From: Acidobacteriota bacterium
GTDB lineage: Bacteria; Acidobacteriota; UBA6911; RPQK01; JAPXNP01
Direction: 5' to 3'
DNA: 51,836 nucleotides
NCBI GenBank assembly: GCA_030597245.1
Contig: JAUVSF010000001.1
Span: 1-51,836 of the forward strand
Position numbers and translations under genes: made by a program. The notes below the pieces were generated by a model. The model was not told the origin of the DNA, searched no databases, and saw only the letters and a program-made list of their open reading frames with translations. Shown piece after piece: positions 45,647 to 51,836 of this stretch (position 1 is its first letter; each line of letters starts with the position of its first letter).

Positions 45647-47212
45647 TCAAAGGAATGACATCAGCTTGGAACCTGCCAGCCAACCCCCCGCCAGCAGCAG
45701 GCCAATGACCGAAATCCAGAGGAGAACGTCCCACGTCAAACTCGGTGTCAGGCGCTTATCACCCTGTCGGTAGCGAAAGTAGAGAGCTGCCCCACCCAGC
45801 ATTGGCAGCATGAAAGCTTGCATGGCACCGCTGGCCAGCACAAGAACAACCGGAGCTCGGATGTACACATATACAACCAGGCAGGCAAATGGGAAAAATC
45901 CCGAAACCACTCGCGTCCAGAACCTGACTGCTTTGTCCTCTCCCGATGAAAGCCCGAATACTCGAAGCGCATCCGCACAAACACGAGCGTGCCCGGCATT
46001 GGCGACAAAAAACGTCGAATAGAGCACCGCCACTGCTCCAAAAAGGAACACACTCTTAGCGATCGACCCAAAGACCGGGACGTACATCTCCAAGAGCGTC
46101 CGCACCATGCTGGTTCCCTCAGGATTCAATCCAACCCTACCCAGTACGGCGGCGCCCAAGAGATAGAACACGACCGTCGCAAAGGTGTACACGACGGCAG
46201 AACACCATGCATCCCAGTGCAGAACTCGCAGCCATCCTTTGGCTCGAGATACCCATTCTTTGGTGTTATCTCTTGGGCCGGCCCATCGGGCGTATCCTTT
46301 TTCGACACACCAGTATGGGTACTGAATCAACTCAGTCGCCCCCACTCCAATGATTCCGAAAGCGGCCAACGCAGTAACCAGCGGAGTAATCTGTACGCCC
46401 TCCATAGCCCCGGGCAAACCGAAGCTCAGGCCCTCCAGGATCTCGCTGGAGCTGATTCTCCAATCGGAAAGACTCTGGAGATGGATAAGGTTCCCTACAC
46501 TCACGAAGGTAAACAGTGCCACAAATGCCGTGGCCAGCGCCTGAACCAACCTGTACCGCCCTACGACCAGCAAGACCGACGTTAACACCGTGATTATGGC
46601 CGCCCAGATAACGTCGTCATTGGAGTCTGGGGGACTTCCAAGAGGCTTCGCCTCCATCTCCAAGGTTTCCTGCCCCAACCGAGGCGGCTTCTTCTCTGAA
46701 ACGCCCCGAAGCGCCAAAGCTCGCGAAACCTCGCCCCTCGTCAGCACGTCTTGATACTCGTTGAACTCACGGCCTGCCTCCGTAAGTGGACTTGCGATGG
46801 CCAACGCTTGTCCGACTCCACCCACGATCCCACCAAGCTGTGCCATGCTGACGACGAACATGATTAACCAGTACCACAACAGCCAGTTGACTCGGAGACG
46901 CGGGCCGGGAACTGAATCCAAACCCTCCATTGCGGTCTTTCCTGTTACGATGGTGTATCTGCCAAGCTCGACCTGCACAAATACTTTGATGACACAGCCG
47001 ATGATCACTAACCAAAGCAGGGAAAAGCCGGCTTCGGCGCCAGTCTTAGTCGTGGCGATCAGTTCTCCGGACCCTACGATTGAACCTGCGATAATCAGAC
47101 CTGGGCCCAAATTCCTTATGATTCCAACAATGCTGAGCGGTGGGTTTCTGACCCCTTCCTCACCAATCAGCTTCGGATGTTTGCTCGACACCGCAGAAAA
47201 CTCCTTCCGCAA
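45647..47212 (-). CDS. NRAMP-family divalent metal cation transporter
   Basis: NLGPGLIIAGSIVGSGELIATTKTGAEAGFSLLW N-terminal signature and about 11-12 TM helices. Confidence 0.85.
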   Translation of the reverse strand: MRKEFSAVSSKHPKLIGEEGVRNPPLSIVGIIRNLGPGLIIAGSIVGSGELIATTKTGAEAGFSLLWLVIIGCVIKVFVQVELGRYTIVTGKTAMEGLDSVPGPRLRVNWLLWYWLIMFVVSMAQLGGIVGGVGQALAIASPLTEAGREFNEYQDVLTRGEVSRALALRGVSEKKPPRLGQETLEMEAKPLGSPPDSNDDVIWAAIITVLTSVLLVVGRYRLVQALATAFVALFTFVSVGNLIHLQSLSDWRISSSEILEGLSFGLPGAMEGVQITPLVTALAAFGIIGVGATELIQYPYWCVEKGYARWAGPRDNTKEWVSRAKGWLRVLHWDAWCSAVVYTFATVVFYLLGAAVLGRVGLNPEGTSMVRTLLEMYVPVFGSIAKSVFLFGAVAVLYSTFFVANAGHARVCADALRVFGLSSGEDKAVRFWTRVVSGFFPFACLVVYVYIRAPVVLVLASGAMQAFMLPMLGGAALYFRYRQGDKRLTPSLTWDVLLWISVIGLLLAGGWLAGSKLMSFL

Positions 47213-47258
47213 CTTCGCCCGGGTGGTAAAGCCCTCATCTTCTCAAGTATCATAGGTA

Positions 47259-48353
47259 TTGAATCCCTCGGAGTCACGTCAGGATATGGATTGGAGCCAG
47301 AATCAGCCAGCACTCAGTGAGCGTTCCAAGAACGTTCTCCGGACTTTGATCAGAGAGTACGTCCGGAGCGGAACGCCCATCGGTTCCCGCCTTCTTGCCA
47401 AGGTGTACCAGGAGGATTTGAGCCCCGCCACCCTAAGAAATGTGATGGCCGACCTTGAGGACGCCGGCTATTTAGCACAGCCGCACACCTCCGCAGGACG
47501 GGTCCCAACAAGGCGCGGATATCGAATCTATGTCGAATCACTGTTGGGTAGCTCAGGACTTTCGGTGGCCGAACTCGACCAGATTAGAACAAGCCTTGAG
47601 GAGGAGACGGATCCGGCCGACCTGATGTCAAAGACGTCGCAACTCCTTTCGGTCTACACAAACAGCATAGGTTTTGTTCTCTCACCGCCGATCTCGACGG
47701 TTGTAATGAAACATATCGAGTTTTTTCGGCTCTCCAACGAACGCGTATTGGTTCTTTTGGTCGGCGAGGGGGGGTTGGTTCAGCACAAGCTGATCCAAGT
47801 TAAAGACAAGCTCTCTCAGAGTGCTCTCAACCAGGCTGGACGTTATCTCGTTGAGCATTTCGCGGGGATGAATCTGAAAACCATTCGTTCGAAACTTCTT
47901 AAGCTGATGTCCCGGGAGAAAGCCCTCTACGACAGGCTGTTGCACAACGTCATCTTACTCGGCTGTGTTGCTTTGGCCAGTACCGGTGAGATTGCGGAAA
48001 ACGAGCCTGAGGTCTATCTGGACGGTACTTCAAGAGTCGTTCGGCGCCTGGGTGAGCCAGATTTGGAGAGGCTTTTCTCTCTGCTGCGCACCTTCGAGGA
48101 GAAGAACCGACTTATCAGAATCATCACCGAATGCCTCAAGGAGGCGCATGACGGGCCTTCCGTTACCATCGGACTCGAACAGCATATCCCGGGCATGAAG
48201 AACTGGACCCTCATAACTTCGCCGTACAGCTATGATTGCCAGACTTCGGGCAGTTTGGGAGTCCTGGGGCCCTCCCGAATGGAATACGAAAAGACCATAA
48301 GTCTGGTAGACTACGTGGCGAAGTTATTCGGCCAGCTTTTGCGTAGTAACTAG
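47259..48353 (+). CDS. hrcA: heat-inducible transcription repressor HrcA
   Basis: LSERSKNVLRTLIREYVRSGTPIGSRLL wHTH. LGVLGPSRMEYEKTISLVDYV C-terminal signature. Start is TTG 47259 or ATG 47286. Confidence 0.9.
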   Translation: MNPSESRQDMDWSQNQPALSERSKNVLRTLIREYVRSGTPIGSRLLAKVYQEDLSPATLRNVMADLEDAGYLAQPHTSAGRVPTRRGYRIYVESLLGSSGLSVAELDQIRTSLEEETDPADLMSKTSQLLSVYTNSIGFVLSPPISTVVMKHIEFFRLSNERVLVLLVGEGGLVQHKLIQVKDKLSQSALNQAGRYLVEHFAGMNLKTIRSKLLKLMSREKALYDRLLHNVILLGCVALASTGEIAENEPEVYLDGTSRVVRRLGEPDLERLFSLLRTFEEKNRLIRIITECLKEAHDGPSVTIGLEQHIPGMKNWTLITSPYSYDCQTSGSLGVLGPSRMEYEKTISLVDYVAKLFGQLLRSN

Positions 48354-48522
48354 AAACACCGCCCCGGATCCGGACTGTGGCAGTTCTTCTGGCTTATTTC
48401 CTGCCGAGCTTGCTCACGGGCAAATTAGATCTTAAGTATTGTTAGGGTGACTCCTTTGCCTCCTATTAGGCATGGCCACGTTGAGCTTGGCGACTTAAGG
48501 AATTGAAAGTAAGCTAAATGAG

Positions 48523-49113
48523 ATGGACAGCATGGAAATGGAAAAGAACACAGACATGGAACAGGATCCGGCAGTGATAGACCAGGAGATTCCGAACGGA
48601 GTGGTTACCGCACCGATCCTCGAAGAGCCAGAGGACGCTCAACCTGAGACAGAGGTTGAGACTGTCCGGCGCGAACGGGATGAATTCCTGGATTTGCTTC
48701 AGCGCAAACAGGCGGAGTTTGAAAACTACAGGAAGAGAGTGGACAGAGAAAAGTCTGAATTACGAGTCTCGGTGAAGTCTGAGCTGATGGAACAGATACT
48801 CGATGTAGTAGATGCCTGTGAAAGGGGCCTGGAGACTCTGCGTCAGAGCGAAGGCGAAAACCTGGGTTTATTCGTTGAAGGATATGAGTTGCTCCTGAAG
48901 CAGCTAAAAACGATTCTGGATAGGTACGAGGTCAGCGAGATTCCAGGCGTTGGCTCTGTATTCGCCCCTAACTTTCATGAAGCGGCAATCCACGAAATAT
49001 CTGATGATCATGAGGAGGGCGAGATAATGGAAGAGTACCGTAAAGGCTACACGATTGCCGATCGATTGCTGCGCCCCTCACAAGTTAAGGTTGCGGCTCC
49101 TGCTGAAGACTAA
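48523..49113 (+). CDS. grpE: nucleotide exchange factor GrpE
   Basis: LQRKQAEFENYRKRVDRE coiled-coil signature. C-terminal beta domain (FHEAAIHE...GYTIADRLLRPSQVKV). Confidence 0.92.
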   Translation: MDSMEMEKNTDMEQDPAVIDQEIPNGVVTAPILEEPEDAQPETEVETVRRERDEFLDLLQRKQAEFENYRKRVDREKSELRVSVKSELMEQILDVVDACERGLETLRQSEGENLGLFVEGYELLLKQLKTILDRYEVSEIPGVGSVFAPNFHEAAIHEISDDHEEGEIMEEYRKGYTIADRLLRPSQVKVAAPAED

Positions 49114-49150
49114 GCTGCGCCTGCCTCTTAGATGAGGTTTGGAAGGAAAA

Positions 49151-50266
49151 GTGAAACGAGATTATTACGAGGTCCTCGGTGTCGCCAGAAACGCGACTCA
49201 GCAGGAAATAAAGAGTGCCTATCGGAAACTAGCGGTTCAATACCATCCTGATCGTAACTCAGGTGACAAGGCGGCCGAAGAGAAGTTCAAAGAGGCGGCT
49301 GAAGCTTATAGCGTTTTAAGCGATTCGGACAAGAGAGCTCAATACGATCATTTTGGTCATGCGGGTGTCGGGGGCGGTGGCTTCGGTGGTTTCGATCCCG
49401 ACGTTTTTGCCGACTTCAGTGACATACTCGGAGATTTTTTCGGGTTTGGTGACATTTTCGGATCCTCTCGTCAACGGCGCAGTCATGCGAGGAGGGGGGC
49501 GGACCTTCGGTATGACCTCACGATTGATTTTGAAGAGGCCGTATTCGGAACCCGAGCCAAAATCAAGATCCCCCATGACCAACCCTGCTCAGACTGTAAC
49601 GGAACGGGTGCTGATCCCAGCGTAGAACAGGTCGTCTGTGATGCCTGCAACGGCCACGGCCAGGTTCGGTTTCAGCAAGGATTCTTCACAATCAGCAGAA
49701 CCTGCTCAGCCTGCCGTGGAGCGGGAAAGATCGTCAGGAAGCCGTGTGGTAGCTGCAGAGGTTCCGGTCGCACTCGGAAGGAGAAGATGCTCGAACTCAA
49801 GATTCCTGCGGGAGTGGAGACCGGGAGTCGGCTCAGAATTTCGAGTGAGGGTGACGGGGGTGTCAATGGCGGTCCACCGGGTGATCTCTATGTAGTCCTA
49901 TCGGTTAAAGAGCATTCTTTCTTCAAGCGGCAAGGTGAGAACGTCTACTGCGAGATCCCCATTTCACTCACCCAGGCGGCGCTTGGAACTGAGATTAAGG
50001 TTCCCACCCTGGATGGCGAAGAGAAGCTTCGGATACCCGAAGGCACCCAAAGCGGCACCGGTTTCAAGTTTCGGGGGAAGGGCGTCGTTAACATCAACGG
50101 GCTCGGCAGGGGCGATCAGCTAGTCAAGGTGGTGGTTCAAACTCCAACTAAACTGACTCGTCGCCAGAGAGAGTTGCTGGAATCGCTGGACGAAGAACTC
50201 CCGTCTCCATCAGAAACTGTCGAAAACGAAGGTTTCTTTGAGAAGGTCCGTGATATCTTTGCATAG
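49151..50266 (+). CDS. dnaJ: molecular chaperone DnaJ
   Basis: (M)[18 protein letters not shown]-rich linker, and four CxxCxGxG zinc motifs ([32 protein letters not shown]). GTG 49151 is preferred over TTG 49139. Confidence 0.93.
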   Translation: MKRDYYEVLGVARNATQQEIKSAYRKLAVQYHPDRNSGDKAAEEKFKEAAEAYSVLSDSDKRAQYDHFGHAGVGGGGFGGFDPDVFADFSDILGDFFGFGDIFGSSRQRRSHARRGADLRYDLTIDFEEAVFGTRAKIKIPHDQPCSDCNGTGADPSVEQVVCDACNGHGQVRFQQGFFTISRTCSACRGAGKIVRKPCGSCRGSGRTRKEKMLELKIPAGVETGSRLRISSEGDGGVNGGPPGDLYVVLSVKEHSFFKRQGENVYCEIPISLTQAALGTEIKVPTLDGEEKLRIPEGTQSGTGFKFRGKGVVNINGLGRGDQLVKVVVQTPTKLTRRQRELLESLDEELPSPSETVENEGFFEKVRDIFA

Positions 50267-51145
50267 TTGAGTGCTGACGAACGTTTTGTCGGGAATGCCT
50301 TCCTTCAGGTTGAGATCCTGGTCTCTGCGCCTTGCCGAGAATCTCTTCTTGAGATCCTCTGGGAGCTTGAAACCCTGGGATGTGAAGAGACTGAAGGATC
50401 CGAAGGGGTCCGGCTGACGGCTTTTTTCCCTGCCTCCGATGAAACGGGCAGGTTGAGGCGACAGATTCTAAGCAGGTGTAAGGAACAGGGCTGGGAACCC
50501 CTCCAACTCTCGCAGAAGCTGATACACTTCTCACCTCAGGAGTGGCTGGACAGATACTCCGAGAGTGTCAAAGCGTTCGCCGTCGGAGATTCCTTTTTCA
50601 TTTACCCTTCCTGGGGGGACCCTTCCCCCGCACACCCCGTCAACGTATTACTCGATCCCGGCCACGCATTCGGAACAGGAACGCACGAATCAACCCAACT
50701 CTGCCTTTTGGCGCTGGAGTCCACTGTCCCTGGAGTCAGCACATTACTTGACGTTGGGACTGGAAGCGGCATTCTGACGATCGCGGCACAGAAGTTGAAT
50801 CCGCTGCTGAGTGTTCTTGCGTTTGACATCGACCTGTTGGCTGTCGAAGCTGCACGTGTGAATTTCCTGAAGAATCGAATCGACGGTCCGAACCTTTTTG
50901 TAGGTGAACTCGGTGCGGTAGCTTCGCAGTTCGACTTGGTAGTAGCGAATCTGACGGCGGTCATTATCCAGGAGTTGGCTTCAGAGATCAGTCGGCTAGC
51001 ACGGAAATACGTTATTGTGGCGGGCTTCACCGGCGAGCAGGGCCCCTTCGTGCTGGATAGCTTGAAGGAGGACTTTGAGTTACTTCAGACTCTTTCGAGG
51101 AATGGCTGGCTCTGCTATAAACTGAGATCATGGCGAGAGTCCTGA
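50267..51145 (+). CDS. prmA: ribosomal protein L11 methyltransferase
   Basis: DPGHAFGTGTHESTQLCL and the SAM motif LLDVGTGSGILTIAA. The TTG start directly follows the dnaJ stop. Confidence 0.88.
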   Translation: MSADERFVGNAFLQVEILVSAPCRESLLEILWELETLGCEETEGSEGVRLTAFFPASDETGRLRRQILSRCKEQGWEPLQLSQKLIHFSPQEWLDRYSESVKAFAVGDSFFIYPSWGDPSPAHPVNVLLDPGHAFGTGTHESTQLCLLALESTVPGVSTLLDVGTGSGILTIAAQKLNPLLSVLAFDIDLLAVEAARVNFLKNRIDGPNLFVGELGAVASQFDLVVANLTAVIIQELASEISRLARKYVIVAGFTGEQGPFVLDSLKEDFELLQTLSRNGWLCYKLRSWRES

Positions 51146-51836
51146 TTCACCTACTTGAGGATGACCGAGTTCTCCTTCCCAAGGAGGAACTCCACCATCT
51201 AGTCCGCGTTCGCCGACTCAAAGCCGGAGATCACTTCGAGGCTCTGGATCTTGATAAAGAGAAGGTCTATCGGTGCAGACTTAGCAAGAAGGGAGGGAGC
51301 TGGCACGGACTCATCTTGGATACACGGGAAGCAGAACCTGAGCCTCTTCTCGAGATAACCCTCGCGCAGGCCCTGATCAAGAAAGACAAGTTCGAATGGG
51401 TGATCCAGAAGGCTACAGAGCTTGGAGTGGCAGAGATCATCCCGATTCTCACTTACCGAACTGAGATTCGCCTGGACGAGAAGCGTGCGCAGAGGAAATT
51501 GCAGCGGTGGGGTAAGATTCTGGCCGAAGCCGTGAAACAGTGCGGTAGAAGCCGGCTTCCGATTCTAAGGCCTCCGGTGCCACTGGCAACACTCCTGGCG
51601 GAAAGGACTGAAGCGGTGAGAATCGTTCTGGATGAGGCGGCTGACTTGCCCTTGCGTCAGGTTCTCGGGAGCTGTCATTCCCCGAACACCTGCATCCTGT
51701 TTGTTGGCCCTGAAGGCGGATGGGATGACCGAGACCGCGATCTTTTCGCAGCGGCACGAGTGCATAGTGTCGGACTTGGCCCCCGAATTATGAGAACTGA
51801 AACTGCCTCTGTCGCAGCACTAGCGGTTCTTCAGTA
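51130..51836 (+). CDS. rsmE: 16S rRNA (uracil1498-N3)-methyltransferase RsmE; 3' end runs off the window (not in ORF track)
   Basis: Own translation: MARVLIHLLEDDRVLLPKEELHHLVRVRRLKAGDHFEALD...KFEWVIQKATELGV...FVGPEGGWDD...LGPRIMRTETASVAALAVLQ. The ATG at 51130 overlaps the prmA 3' end by 16 nt. Confidence 0.88.
   Translation, partial: MARVLIHLLEDDRVLLPKEELHHLVRVRRLKAGDHFEALDLDKEKVYRCRLSKKGGSWHGLILDTREAEPEPLLEITLAQALIKKDKFEWVIQKATELGVAEIIPILTYRTEIRLDEKRAQRKLQRWGKILAEAVKQCGRSRLPILRPPVPLATLLAERTEAVRIVLDEAADLPLRQVLGSCHSPNTCILFVGPEGGWDDRDRDLFAAARVHSVGLGPRIMRTETASVAALAVLQ

Noticed and set aside
47213-47330. CIRCE operator for HrcA
   Set aside because: Only AGCACTC (a half-site) is present, inside the hrcA 5' end. 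The partner GAGTGCT is absent 9 nt downstream.

Overview
51.8-kb chromosomal window from a moderately GC-rich Gram-negative bacterium. The gene content suggests an Acidobacteriota-like environmental lineage, but this is inference only: a CarboxypepD_reg-type TonB-dependent receptor, several TAT/Sec-exported Gfo/Idh/MocA and sugar-converting enzymes, FG-GAP/VCBS and TPR proteins. I support about 48 protein-coding genes. Three are absent from the supplied ORF track: an edge-truncated MBL-fold hydrolase at 1-1024(-), an edge-truncated rsmE at 51130-51836(+), and a 52-aa membrane protein at 43512-43670(-). I recognised no rRNA, tRNA, tmRNA, CRISPR array, transposase or integrase. Housekeeping blocks are aroE-aroK, pfkA, rfbD, and hrcA-grpE-dnaJ-prmA-rsmE, which has the Bacillus dnaK-operon order but no dnaK. 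These are interleaved with accessory material. (1) An 8.2-kb signalling/transport block (27250-35460) holds a hybrid histidine kinase, HK->REC-EAL, an RsbW-like kinase, a STAS antagonist and a cytochrome-like/ArsR/MFS operon. It is bracketed exactly by two inverted copies of a ~190-bp MITE-like repeat. (2) An S8 protease ends in 10-11 tandem GVFWTD hexapeptides encoded by an 18-bp tandem repeat. (3) A pentapeptide-repeat protein is fused to an uncharacterised alpha/beta, possibly TIR-like, domain and is followed by a small zinc-ribbon gene. (4) A phage/plasmid-replication-like remnant of three ATGA-coupled genes lies beside a 0.95-kb gene-free region with a run of GC hairpins. (5) Short mosaic palindromic intergenic repeats recur across the window. 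Nothing here is a demonstrated novel system. The candidates worth follow-up are ranked in the findings.
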